Assembly (NCBI GenBank): GCA_021613535.1
Contig: CP075495.1
Coordinates: 2,356,001 to 2,420,000, forward strand
From: Adineta vaga
Lineage: Eukaryota > Animalia > Rotifera
Reading direction: 5' to 3'
DNA: 64,000 bases
Both the position numbers and the translations under genes were made by a program. Every line of letters starts with the position of its first letter. Positions within the stretch are counted from its first letter, which is position 1. Of this stretch, positions 1 to 14,137 are shown piece after piece. The notes below the pieces were generated by a model. That model ran no database searches, had not been told where the DNA came from, and saw only the letters and a program-made list of their open reading frames with translations.

Positions 1-171
1 AGTCGAAAATCTCGATTACGTTTTGCTCGACAAAATTCTGATCCAGAATCAAATATTTCATCACAAGAAACTCGACAAGTTGCTGAACAACCTATTATAG
101 GTACACGTTTTCGTATTGCTAAACCAATTATCACTTCTCAAATGCATGGCAATGAATCAAAACTTATCTAA
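1..171 (+). CDS. 3'-terminal coding exon of an unidentified gene (partial, runs off the left edge)
   Basis: Open frame from base 1 (SRKSRLRFARQNSDPESNISSQETRQ...NESKLI*) ending in TAA at 169-171, with codon usage like neighbouring genes and AATAAA at 210-215. Confidence 0.6.
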   Translation, partial: SRKSRLRFARQNSDPESNISSQETRQVAEQPIIGTRFRIAKPIITSQMHGNESKLI

Positions 172-345
172 TATAAATTCTCGTTTATAGCAATGTAATA
201 TTCTATTTGAATAAATAACTGATTTGTACTGACCTCTATCATATCTAGTAATTTGTTGGTTACATAGTTTAACTTAGTAGTTGACATCCAATATCTGAAT
301 CTGAATGTCTATTTCATTTCTTATTACAAAGAGATAAAACATTTT

Positions 346-1291
346 ATGTCATCAACACGTATGAGATCATCAACTCTCGATCGTTCATTACAAAAAACCA
401 AAGGCGATGTAAACTTTCAAGAAATTTTCTATTCAGAATAAGAATTACGTTTTCGCCTCTTGTTATTACAGGTGAATCTAAGTACATTTGCTCTACTGTT
501 CTCGGAAATGGTACAATATTCACAAAATCGTGCGGATAGTATACAAGATCTTCAGAATAAGTAAGATTTCTTTTTCCAAATAAAATTCATGCATAGAAAA
601 TGTATATATGATATAGATTGGCTGATTTCGGTAAACATGTTGGTGTACGTATACTTGATTTATTCTTTTTACGTAATGGAAAAGATAAACGAGAAGTACG
701 TCTTACTGCAATGCTTGTATTTATTCAAAAACCATTTTGGAAAGTAAGATATTCGTTACTCATGATGAACGATAGAAGATATCTTTTTTTCTGCATCGAC
801 TAGTTTTTATTCAATCGTGAAGCTGATCATCTTGAACAACATGCACAGGAAACAAAGATTTGTAAGTTCGTTGTAAAGAAAAAACAAGAAACTTCAAACA
901 GTTATTCTATATTTGTTACTAATACATTTTCTAGATTACATTATCGAACGTGAATGTTTAGTTAATAAATTTATATCTGTTCCAAAAGATAAGGGTAAAA
1001 AATAGTCTCGAATATGAAATTAAGAAAAATATTCAATCTTGTTTTTTTCTCGTTATTAGGCACTTTAAATTGTGCATCATTTGTCGCTGGTATAGTGGAA
1101 GGTATTCTCTGTACTAGTGGTTTCGTATGTAGTTCTTGATTGTTGGACATTTCTGAGAGAAATAATTATGTTTCATTTTTAAATTTTAGACATGTAAAGT
1201 TCTTGCACATCAAGGACAACGTGGTACGACGTATGTCATTGAGTTTGCTCAATCAGTTATGGATCGTGAAACTCGATTAGATGCCAAATAA
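346..1291 (+). CDS. TRAPPC5: Trafficking protein particle complex subunit 5 (Trs31 family), multi-exon
   Basis: Spliced translation includes [71 protein letters not shown] and GTTYVIEF; canonical short GT-AG introns. Confidence 0.95.
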
Positions 1292-4200
1292 AGACGTTTT
1301 TTTTCTTTTAAAAGGAGAGAAAATACAATATTTTCATTCCGATGATGTTTAAATAAATTAAACTTCTTTGTATACGTGTGTGTTTGTAATTAAAATGATT
1401 ATTTTTTCTTTTGTAGATCTTAAATTGATAAATATCATTAACATCGATGAGAAATAAATAGAAAAGGATAAAATTTCCAATAAACATAGCATTAATTCAA
1501 AAAAGATTTATTACTGTTTTAAAATTTTTCATTTTATTATTATTCTTCATTTGAATTTATCAAGATAATAACTATAACAATTAATCTCATACTAAAGTAG
1601 TATTGTTTTCATATTTATCATGAAAATAAATACGTTTAGTATTTCATTATTCAAGTATATACTTGTTCATTGTACAAAACAATGGATACTGATCAGTGAA
1701 TGAAATTATATCATGCAAGAATATGAATTGAAGTTATTGTAAACTTCTTCACTTTTGTTTTCAATGTTAAGTATCTGTCAAAATTGAAAGTATATCTTCT
1801 GTAACAGAAAGAAAAAAAGAAATAACTACAATAATCGTTCATAAGACACTTGGGATTAATAGATAAATTCTTTTCCGTTCACTTATCAAATGTAATACAT
1901 TGATAAATTCTCTCATGAGAAAAAGAAAATATTCGTTTCGATTAATCCAAATCAGATTTGTCACATCAAAGACAGTATTCGCGCGTGCATATGTCGATGT
2001 TCATTTGCGTATTTTGTACAATTAAGAAAAGTTAAGACAGATAGACAAACAAAGACAAAGTCCATCCTTGCCGCACACGCAAACTAGACATTCTCATCGT
2101 ATTTATTTGATTCACACCTTTTTCTTTTTTTCTTAAAAAAATTTAAATCTATAAAAAAAACGAAGAAGAAGAAAACTAACCGCCAACATAAATACAAACG
2201 ATCGATAATAGACAAGCAAACATCTATCCATGTGGATGACTGATCAACGTCAAGTGGATTTATATTCCATTTCTAACGTGCGAAAAGAAAATTTTCAATG
2301 AATAAAAACAAAAAAGGAAAGAAATATGCATAATCAATTGAGTAGACCGCTATATACTTTGGTGTGATGTGGGAGAGTGCAGTGTGTGCATAATCGAATA
2401 GCAATAATCATAGGTTCACTTGTTTTGTGATCTGTCGTCTGTGTCCACTATCAATCATCGTGCTTTCATTTTTTCTTCTTCTTCTTTTGCTTTCGTTGAT
2501 CTCGATTACAATGAAAAGATGTGAAGGTTAAGTGCTTGAGCTCACCTTTTCGCTTGCTTGATTGTTCTTTTTTTTCTCTCTCTCTTCTCTGATGAGATCA
2601 TCAAACTGTAACACTGCATATCTGAACGATAAATTTTCTTAATCATATATTGGAATACAATAGAGATATACGTCATTATGAGAATAGAAGATTTGCTTGC
2701 CGGTTTTTTTCTTCTCCTTTCTTTAAGATTATACTTTGAACATGATATGGTTTATCGATCTACCAAAAAATTGATGATTCAAGAGTGAGAAATGAAAATT
2801 GAAGAGGATCAAAGTACGTGTAAATCGAGTAGTGAAAGCAAAACGAAACTTGTGACGAGAAGAATAAGTGTTAAATTCCATTAAGTCAAAGTGTGTGTGA
2901 AAAACGATCAACAATGATGATGAACTTAAGTGAAAGATGTTGTTCTTTCTTAATTAGTTAAAAATCAGTAGGTATCAATGATACTTGATTTTTTAGTCAA
3001 GAACTCTTGAGAAAAGAAAAAATGTTTATCCTTGTTGAATAAAATACATTCTCATTGGAATATTCTATTGATCCGGAACATGTAGTTTGTACAACTAAAA
3101 TTTGTATATATGCGTGTGTATATATGTGGAACAAATGAAGACAATGAATGCCGAACATTCCTGAAAAAACAAAATAAGCCGCTTGCCATCGTTTCTTTCT
3201 TCTTCATTTTTTGAGTATACAGATGGAAATTGAACAAACGAAGTATGTTAAGGGAAAAGAAAAAGATTGATGGATTGTGGAAATTCTCTTGAGAAATGCA
3301 AACGGCGTCGAATAATGACAAGGGTAAAGACAAAAGTTGCTATTTTCCATGACTATTTAAGAAAAAATTGATGTTCACAATGTAAAGAGATAGAATTCAA
3401 TCATTCTTTTTCGTTTCCTATTCATAGAAAATCAATTGTTCTTGTGGAAGATAATAATAATGAAAATTTCATATATAGTCTGATATATATTTCTTTTAAA
3501 TTCAATATCTTCGTTTTCTTTTTTTCTTAATGTGCCGTATGTCACATCGTCATCTACCAATCAATCTTCGTCTGAATTTTGATTGGATGTGACAGTACTT
3601 TACTTCTTCCGATAGCAACGTCAATGCCGTTTTCTTCTTCTCCACCCTTTTCCGTTTAAGTGTCTGTTCATTTCATCAGAACTATATGCACTCAACTACC
3701 AGTATGAATCAAGGCGTTAATAAGCATCTTTCGTTCACATTTTTTTTTACATAAGAAATCTTTTTATAGTAGACAGAAATGACAAAAAAAAACTTCAGTA
3801 CAACATGACGATGAATAGAAGTTATTTCCTCTTCTATGTTTCTCTATATGCGACACACTGGCTGTAGTTCTTTTATCTCGCCCAATCTTAAACCTGCAAA
3901 TGCTTTTTCCTCTCTCTGTCTCCTTGTCTCCGTTCTTTTCCGATGCTTCGTTGTCGACAATACCCGCCAACACTCGCCTTTTTGCTTGTTCTCGCTTACA
4001 CACATGCATCTAATCGCCTACCAGCTAGAGAAGAAAATCCTCGTTTTTTTTCTTCTTCGGCCAAAGAGAAGAAGAGAAAAAAATAAGGAGAGCGAGAAAG
4101 AGTAACTCGATTGCTGAATGGTCGAGAGTAACCGTTCACATTAAGAGTAATTACAAGTGTTCGCTTGTTTCTTCGTCAGTTTTCTCTCTTTCTGTAAAGA

Positions 4201-4378
4201 ACAGCCTCTGTTTTTCTCTCGTTTTTTTCCTTCTCTCTTCTGTAGAGAAAAAAAGAGAGAGAAAGAGAGAAAGTGCGAAAAGGTGAGACGTTTGCGCTTG
4301 CGGATAAAGATTGACATCCAGAAATCTATCAAATCACACACATCGATCACGTCACATAGTCCTATTAAATTCGACAGA

Positions 4379-4384
4379 TATAAA
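4379..4384 (+). promoter_or_regulatory. Candidate TATA box of the Meis gene
   Basis: TATAAA about 270 nt upstream of the Meis ATG; weak evidence in an AT-rich genome. Confidence 0.3.
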
Positions 4385-4652
4385 GCGTATCCATTACACG
4401 CTACGACTCGACAACTGAGACGTAAATAGACACGAGACAAAACAGACTGTTATAGATAGATAGAGAAAAAGAAGAAAAAACTCAAGAACAAGAAGAAGAA
4501 GAAGAAGAAAAAAAAAACGAAGAAAACAACTGCGTTGTCTTGTTTAATGAATGATGATCCTCATCAATCCATCCATCTATCTCTAGTCGTCTTCGTCTAA
4601 CCGACAAGTAAATTAGTCATGTCGTCTTGAACACGTCGATTTCAATAGATCA

Positions 4653-7600
4653 ATGGCTGCTCAGAGGGTAATTTGTGTGATGTCAATTCTGACATTCGAT
4701 CATTGATTAGATTTATTTATTTATATATGTATATATATTTAGTTACTCACAGATACAAGTGGACCTTATTATGGTAATGGAAGTGGAAATTTTACGACGA
4801 CAACAAACGGTCCCGATGGTAATATCTCTTTATATCCTCCAACATATAGTAATGAAACATCTTCACCACCAGCATCAGTTCCTCATCATTTACCAAATCT
4901 TCTCGGATCTCTCAATGAATCGTCAACAAATGCTAATCATGCGAACAGTGTCAATGCCGATAATCAACTTAAACAACACAAAGATATGATATACAGGTAG
5001 ATATAAGTATATAGACATAAGACGGAGAAAGAACGAATAAAAAAACCTCTCGTTCTCTTTGTACTCATCTTCTGACAGAGAAAGCAAAACAAATGTAGTG
5101 TGTCTTTTTTTTAATGAATGATCCTCTTTCATATGTGTATGTCTATGCACAAGTCAATGCTAAATCATTATCAATTCGATTTTTTTAAAGCCACAAAATA
5201 CAGAAACATAGCTTGTAGTTAGATAATTGATACGATTGATATGTAGAGATCTCTTTCGTTTGCTTATTACTGTCATCTTCTTAATCGCTAGAGAAGATGA
5301 ACACCTTTTGTTTCGTTTATTCATTTATGATAATGATGAGAAAGTCGTTGAGGCAAATCACCTTCAAGCAAGTGCATGCATATATTGTACATTTCGTTTC
5401 ATTGCAGTCTCCCTTCATCTCTTTTTACATACATATACAGAGCTGTAATTTCGAAACCGATCATTATCTTCACGCTTCACGTGTTTCTCTCCTCGTGCTC
5501 TGACTTTTCTTTCTGTTTTTCTTTTTGTGTCATGTATATATGAATGATAATACACCTAAGAAAAATATACATACATAGTTCTTATTCGAAAACAAAAGAA
5601 AAGTACTCAACATATTCGATTAACATAAAGCCTAGAAAGACGTACACACAAGCACACTTTATGCATTTGTTTCTTTGTTAATCATCTTGTTCGCTTCGGC
5701 TGGTCTAGCTTTCTAATCACTCGGTTGGTTGCTATCTCTTCAATAATGTTGTTGTTATTTCTACCAGTGATCATAGTAGATGGCCTTTGTATGTGCGTTA
5801 GTGCATACCACTGACTAACTAATAATCATTCGATAGGCGAATCGAGTCTGGGAAGAAGACGAAGAAAGAAAAAGCTACCATACAATCGAGATCTTTTTCT
5901 TTGCTTATTTCAACTCTTATCGTCTCATTGGGTATTCTATGCCTTTTTTTTCTTCTTCTCAACCACAGTTACACTATGTATACATATATGTTTGCTTGCG
6001 TTTTTTCTTCCATCGAGTTCTCGCATGCGTATGACAGTGATTGATGATCATTACGCCTGCTGCTCTGAAATCGTAGGCATTGTATTTATTACGATTATGA
6101 CCTCATCAACATTAGTTTTGCTTTTTCTTACTACCATTGTGTATGAAATGTAAATCGATCTGATCGTAATCGAAATATGAAAGTATCAAAAAAAAGAAAA
6201 TCTTTCTTCCTCTCTATAATTTTCATGTATATACATAAGAATTGCTTCGAGCAAGCGACAAAAAAAAAGAATAAAAGAATAGATAGATCAATTTCTTGCT
6301 GTTTGATCATAATTATAGTACAAACTTTGCGGCAAAAAAGAAGATATGACATAGCTTTCATGTATGTTTATTTTTATTTTCCTCTTTTAGCCATCCATTA
6401 TTTCCGTTATTGGCATTAATCTTTGAAAAATGTGAATTAGCAACTTGTACACCAAGAGATCTTGGTGGACCAGGAGATGTATGTTCATCAGAATCATTTA
6501 ATGATGATGTGGCAGAATTTACTAAACAGGTAATATTTCTATATGCATATCAATGTCTTCTTCTTCTTATCATTGATTGAGTGAGTGAATTGATAGAACG
6601 AAACGAGCTAAATTGAAGTACACACATATATATATATATATATGTCTAGTTTGTAATATCGAGCTACTGCATATACACGCGCGCATGAGTCTAATGTATG
6701 TTATCGCAAGATGAACATTTGATAAGCCACTTGAACAAGAAAATAAATGAAAAGTCAATAATAGATCATATATATGGATACATATGGACGCAAGTTGACG
6801 ATTATGACCTCCTCACTTCTCCTGTCAGATTGATACTTGAAGAAACGAACAACGATAAGATCTTTAAAAAAATACGAAAGAGAAACAATATATTCACGTC
6901 ATACATATGCAGATGTTACCAATTGGATTTTCTCGACAGTCTATAAGAAATGTAACAAGAATGCCATGCTGAGTGCGAACAATATTTTTCAATGTCTTCA
7001 AGTGACACAAAGTAGAGGTGTATGTATATGTATGCCAGTAATCGAGGTAGTGGCACTCATGTCAAATGAATATTTCATCAGTTGATTTGATGAAATGAAA
7101 ATGCGATTAAGACCTCTCAAAGACATTCATTGTCTACTTACATATGTGCTTGTACGCACGTGCTATTTGTTGATCTGATCTTATTTAAGATAAAGAAATG
7201 CTCACATCATCCCATGAGCAAATCAGATCAACATTATTGTCTTATCGAAAACACTAAATAAAGGAATCGAACAAGTTAACATTTTGTATTGTTCAATGGT
7301 GTAAATGAGAAAAAAAGCTTGAGGGTATCATTAAAATGTCATTAGCCCTTTTTTTCTTATAATGTGAAGAGGCAAAAGTCAGAAGGAAAAACTTCATCAT
7401 CTTATATTTACGCAAATTGAAACGAGCTGCCAAATTTTCTTTATTCTTGTGCAACGCTCATGTCTCGATGTGCGGAAATGCTTTGTTTCGGAAGCACCTG
7501 CTATTGCTCCGTCGTCGTTCCTCTTCTTCTCCTTCTCTTGATGATCGATCGAACAAGAATGAAATAAGTTTGCTTTTCAATAGATTTCCGTTCTAAAATC

Positions 7601-10600
7601 TTTTTCCTTTGTATTGTTTTTAGCTTCAAAAAGATCCAAATTGTATTTCAACCAATCCGGAATTGGATAATGTGGTATGTATATATGAAAGATAAAGTTA
7701 GTTAATTAATCGATCAACCATTTACTCTCATTTAGATGATTCAATCGATTCAAGTCCTACGATTTCATCTGTTGGAATTAGAAAAAGTACTGTATCTTAT
7801 ATGTAGTTCATAGATAGTAGAGCATGATACCAGGAGAGTAATCATTTCTATTCGTCAGAGATCAGTGTGAAATAATAATCATGATGTGTTTTTTTTTCTG
7901 TCGACACTTGTCGAAAAAAAGAAGATTTATCTTAATCAACAGTTAGCTATTTATATTTCTTGCCTTTCTTTTTTTGCTTGCTAAGAAAATATATTCGAGA
8001 CATCTTTCCACTCATTGACCGATTTATCAGACAGATAAGAAAGGATATACTTACTCATAATATCAATCAAAAGAAAATTAACAAGAAGTCAAGTACAAAG
8101 TCATTAACAGAGAGAACAACGTTCCTTTTCGTTTTTCTAGGTCCATGAATTATGCGATAACTTTACTCATCGATATATCACTTGTTTGAAAGGCAAATTA
8201 CCAATGGATTTAGTCATTGATGAACGCGATTCAAATGTTTCATCATCGAAATCAGGTGATGATGATGATCAAGATGATGATCAAGCTAGTCCGCAACCAC
8301 CACATGGACATCCACAACATCCTCCAACAAGTTCATCACGTTCATCATCTTATAATCAACATAGTCCAGATGGTTCGACTACACCATCAATATATAATCT
8401 TCCTCATCAACAAAAATCTGTAAGTTATATTTAAAACATTATCCGATATTGTGAATGATCGTAACACCTGTTTCTATACGTATCAATTAAATGGACATAT
8501 GTAAACAAAACGTTTTTTTTTATTTCTTCGAGAAAGAAAAAGAAACTATTTTGTATATCAAAATCTCTAATCGAATGTTCCTTCTTTGATTCTTAAGCTT
8601 CGATCATCAATGACAACAACAAATTCACAATTGACACCTCTTGTTTCACCTCATAATTTTGGTCATCCTTCTCATTATCAGCATCATCTTCAACCACCGC
8701 CACCACCACCAACACATTTTCAACAACAATTACCTCCACCACCGCCTGCACATCCATCTTATTCCAGTCATCTTCTTGCTCCTCATCATCCATCACTTTT
8801 AAATCATTTATCTCAACAACCCCAACATTTTCATCCTCAATCAACTCATCATTCAATGCATAATGATGATACTCAATCGACACATTCTTCGTCAGATACC
8901 AATACTCCGAATACAACTCAACCATCAATGACTAATATGACCAATCCAACAAACAGTTATCATCTTCTTCATGATAACAACAGTGAAACGGGTATGTTTT
9001 TCTCATTTGATTTCCACAAAGAATAGAAATTAGCTATCGACATTTCATTATTACTAATATTGTCTGCAGTATGTACGTACACACGCAAGGGAACAGCTAA
9101 TCTCCAAATCACCCATTCATTCTATGATTGTTTTTATTCTTCGAGTCATAATTGCGAATAAAAACATTACCAATCTGTCTACATGTTCTGGAAAAAAAAG
9201 AAATACATTCATTTTTGACGAATAACGATAATGATGTTCACATGTCTTTCCATTAGAAAATTGTCTTTTTCTTATCATTATAACAGAAAGAAATTTAATT
9301 GAAAATTATTTTTGTTGCTTTTGTTTCTTGTCTAAAACATTCGAACAGTTGTTCGTCTTCGTTTTTCACTTTTACTAGTCATCTCATCTTACTTTCTTTC
9401 GTATAAATTAATTCAAAACATCTGTGTACTAGACTACAAAATGAAAATCATCTCTGATTTCATACTCTATTAAAAATGAACGTTTTAGTATACCGATCAT
9501 TTTTCTTTTCTTAAAATCTCTCTATATATATACGTGTGTGTGCATGTATATGGTAATCATATTTGAATGCTCTCTTGCCGATTTTAACCCTAATGCGATT
9601 TCACAAATCGACTGTCAAGACGCATTACGGCGTCCGACTAGTAGTCCTGTCAATCAATCATAATTGGCTGTAAAGAGGAGTGCGCGAAGTAAAAGGAAAG
9701 ATGAATACTCTTTAAATATATTAAGCTTCACCTTTCAATGTGCCTTAAAGCAATTTAATGTATTCGTTTCGTTTCTTTTTTAGGTGACAATTTCGATAAT
9801 AGTGTTGGTTCGGGTGGTGATAATACAGGCGGAGAAGATGACCTAGATGATAATGCAAAGAAACGTCAAAAAAAACGTGGTATTTTTCCAAAAGTTGCCA
9901 CAAATATTATGCGCGCATGGTTATTTCAACATTTAACGGTAGATTTTCAATATTCATATCAATAGAAGTTATTAGAATAATTCTTCTTTTTTCTCTCTTC
10001 AGCATCCATATCCGTCCGAAGAACAAAAGAAACAACTAGCTCAAGATACTGGCTTAACGATTTTACAAGGTAAAATTAACTTTTTATTCATTCATTTTTT
10101 ATCACTAATTTTGTTGTTTTTTTCTTCTTTTATTTAGTTAATAATTGGTAAGTGAACTTTTTAAATATCTTTGTATATATATCGAGAATAGTCAATTAAT
10201 TAGTTAGTGAGAGACGAAAATTCTTTCGATTGGTTAAAAAATTCCTTAGTTTATTTTGTCCAATTAAAATTTGCGAAAAACAAATCCGTATGTTTACTCG
10301 TCATTGAAGACTTGTTGCCATTTGACGGCATTTTTTCTCCTTCATCAGTTTGTTATTACTACATGTCGGCAATAATGATGATCAAACTTTGCGTTTCTTC
10401 TTTATATATACATATAAATATATCTGTCCGACGAGTAATCAACACATAAGGCAATCGTACGGTCAATTAGCAAAGTAAACAATGCGTTGACTGATACTCG
10501 GTGGTAATCTAGCGTGCAAATAGCAAATTAAAAAAAAACACGAAAGAGTGACAAAGATCTTCGAGTGTTATAGACATTCTCACATCTAGCAATTGAACTG

Positions 10601-13034
10601 TCAAAAAGGCATTTTCGTGAGAAAATGCGATTAGAATAGATGGATATATAGCGGTATGATTTGTCGCCTCAATGTGTTTGATGCTACAAATATGAACCAG
10701 CTGACGATATGCTTGTAGCGGCAAGACATTATCGTGATGATCATCATTATACGCATGCACGCGACTTTTTCATTATCATGTTCTAATGAAAGAAAGAGAA
10801 AGGAGAAGAGAGATCAAACGAAAAAAAATGACAGAATCTATTGCGCCAATGTCGATGTTGATGATGATAATGCGTGTAACAGCCGTTCAAAAGAGAACTG
10901 AAGAGATGATAGGTCACGTTTTTCTTCTTCTTCTTCTTCTTTCTTTTTTGTGAGAAGAGGATCTCTTACAAATGATATCGTTCATGTGAAAGTTTCAAGA
11001 AAAACATCTGCCCGGATATATTCTTACTGACAACGATCGATCGTAACTATCATTAAAATCACATTAGACAAACGAGGAGGAGAATCGAAACTTTTGCATT
11101 AGCAATGTTCTTGTTTGTATATACATATCCCAGAAGGATATGATCATTACCGTATCTATTTTTTTTTCTTCTTTACACAAGATCGACATCATTTATCATT
11201 TTCTGTTTCGTCTTACGAGCCTCCTACTGCTTGTAGAGATATGATAATATTGTAAACAAATCTGTCTATCTTTTCTTGTTGACAGGTTTTGCGAGGTCAT
11301 ATATTGATTAGAACTTGTCCTTATCGAAAAATGCTTATCATCAAAAAAGGTCAAATCAACTTGACTAATCTAATTTATTAGCGATAAATTTGATTGAAAG
11401 TATTGACATTGAAATTGTTCAATAGCTAAGAGGAATATTTTGGGCGAAATATACAACCGATGTTTATCAATAATAAATGAAAAAAGAAAACTCTGTAAAT
11501 GTATCGGAAAAACATCAGAAGATAATTAACCTCTCTAGTATCTGTTGGTGGCTCTCTTGTAGTAAAATAAACACGTTCAATTGACTTGAAAGACATGCGC
11601 GCTCTAGCTGCATATGTATACTGCTTCGTCTAATAAGCCACTTTTATCCTTCAAGTGAAAAGAATCTCATGCTGTCATGTTTTTTTAATGTATATTTAGG
11701 TTTATCAATGCCAGACGTCGGATTGTTCAACCAATGATTGATCAATCAAATCGTGCTGGTAAGTTAACTATGAATGGTAGTGAAGATCTTCATGGATCAA
11801 ATTTGTCGTACATACCGACAACGATCTGCATGCCTCCTCCTCCTCCTCCTCTTCCTTCTTCTCATCCTACTACTATGATCAAACGACGTATACATGCCAA
11901 ACGAAATCGAGGATCAGAACAGAACCAACGAAAATTATCTCGTCGACCAAATTCGACTAGAACATCTATTGATTCACAATCATCTGTCCTTTCTTATAGA
12001 ACGAAAGGCAAGAATAGTTAAATAAACATCAATTGAATAGCTAACACTATTTTACATCTAATGCTTTCTTCTTAACTTACTAAATTTATGCTATGCACAT
12101 ATACACTTTTTTCTATGGGTAAAGAATTTATCATAATCTTCCTTTTCTTTTTCCAGCCCATGCTCAAAAAGGTAGATTAATTGATTTTTTCCTACTTCTG
12201 CATTCATGTGTACATATATGTATATATATATATGTGTGTGTGTGTGTGTACACTGCTGCTTTCATTCTTATTCTAATTCATTTTGCCATTTGTGCATCAA
12301 ATGAATCCATCTATTATTCTTCTGCTTTGACAATTGCTTTTATTTCTGTCTAGATTTCAATCGATAGAAATCTCGTGTGACATTTCCACAGTTGAAATTA
12401 GATTGATTTTTTCCTTCTCCTCCTCCTTCTACTTCTTCTGCTCGTTGTCATTATTAGAAATGCAAGACAAGAGAGATTACTAGTCAATTTAATTCACAGA
12501 GACACTTGGACAATTGTTCTCTGCTATCGCTCCACCTCTTTAGCCTCTCCTTTCTTCCTTTTTGCTGTCAAAGTTAATTATTTGCACGAATGCGTGAAAT
12601 AACACAGACGATGAAAACACTACAAAAAAACCATAATCGATTCTTTTATTCATTTAAATGAATTAATTTTGTTTTCTCCTTTGTAGCGACAATTCCAACA
12701 GAATTTACGGATTGTTTCGGTCCTTATTCTCCTGATGCAGCAACAGCAGCAGCAGCGATGCATTATCAATTTGGAGGCAGTGGTGGTTATCCAGCAGCAC
12801 CTCATGGTAAACCAATGAAAGAATTATGCTAGGAAAAAGCATACATGTTTTGCGTGTATTTTTCTAGATATTTTTGGATCCTATGCTCAAATGTCACAAT
12901 TTCGAAATCCAATGATGATGATGTATCCAAGTGGTTATCCAGTAACATCAAGTCCGAATAGTATGATGGATCCGATGAACCATCATCATCATCAACAACA
13001 AGAATCATCAGCAGTTACTAGTGGAGCTGCTTAA
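4653..13034 (+). CDS. MEIS: TALE homeobox transcription factor Meis/homothorax, multi-exon with long introns
   Basis: MAAQR start; MEINOX/HM domain ([85 protein letters not shown]); TALE homeodomain [68 protein letters not shown]; stop at 13032-13034. Confidence 0.97.
9647..9656 (-). promoter_or_regulatory. Perfect PBX-MEIS/PREP decamer TGATTGACAG in a Meis intron
   Basis: Plus strand reads ctgtcaatcaatca (reverse complement TGATTGATTGACAG); a second CTGTCA lies at 9612-9617. Confidence 0.55.
12213..12250. repeat. (TA)n/(TG)n microsatellite in a Meis intron
   Basis: atatatgtatatatatatatgtgtgtgtgtgtgtgta. Confidence 0.8.
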
Positions 13035-14137
13035 AATAAAAATTCAATTGAACTCTATGCATATATACATAAAAAAATATAAATATCATTAGATCCTACA
13101 TAGAAATTCTCGAATGTGTCTCTCTTACTCTGTTTCTTTATGACCGGTGTTCGTAATTCTTCTTCTCCTTTTTTTCAGTTTTGATGTCGTTGTTTTGTAC
13201 GCATTTATTGCTTTTTCTGTATATTCGCTCTGTCATCTTCTTCAATGTCGAACACCAGCTCAATTCGTATTTGTGTATCCATTTCAGCAACAACAAGAGT
13301 CACCGTTCACCGGTTCGTAATGTTGATTATTGAGCGTCTTGTTTTCATTTTCTTCTCATTTGTATCTGTGTCTTATGTATAAGAATTCATTTAATTGAAT
13401 TGATTTCATTTTTTTGCCTTCTCGCCACATATTGATCAATACTTTCTTCTTGTCAAAAGTTTTCTTTTTTTTTCCTTTTTTTTCTGTTGTCTTGTATTTT
13501 CGTTTTTCTTCTTCAATGTCCATGACACATGAAATTTTGGGTTTTTGTTTGTTCAACAGAAACGAGAAAAGTAGAGATCATAGCAGGACAATTTCAATCG
13601 AGAGATGATTTATGTTTTGTTTTGTTTTGTTTTTTTTTGAAAATATAATATATATATAACACCAAAGAAATCAATTACTGTACATTTTCTTTTGTGTAAC
13701 GAAAAATCCTCGGTATCGCTAGTTGTATGTTCGAATAAAAGACAATGTTATTCGATGTAAGAGATAGTCATCGAAAAGGAAAGTTCACGTCTATGTACTT
13801 TTACACACGCTACATTGTTTTCATAGCGAGAAATAGAAACGTTTCTCTTGCAATCATTGAATAAAAGACAATGAAAAGTTTGATGATGTAAGATATTTCA
13901 ATGACATCAAAGAAATCTGTTTGAATATCATATATTAATTGAACAATTCTCTAACGAGAAAATCGATAAGTAAATCATCAAAGATTATTATCGATATCCA
14001 TATATGAATGTACCGCGATTCTTTGTTAGTATCATCCATTGATTTTAACACGTGTAATGATTATTGTTGTTACAGCGAAACGAAAGAACGAAAAAGAAAA
14101 AAGAAAGAAAACATTAAATTATCGAAACATATGAAGA

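Noticed and set aside
2729-4440. Several 60-99 aa ORFs upstream of Meis
   Set aside because: Low-complexity Phe/Lys/Arg-rich translations of CT/GA-rich regulatory DNA with no domain or splice support.
5227-7085. Short ORFs inside Meis introns
   Set aside because: No recognisable motifs, often non-ATG starts; consistent with chance ORFs.
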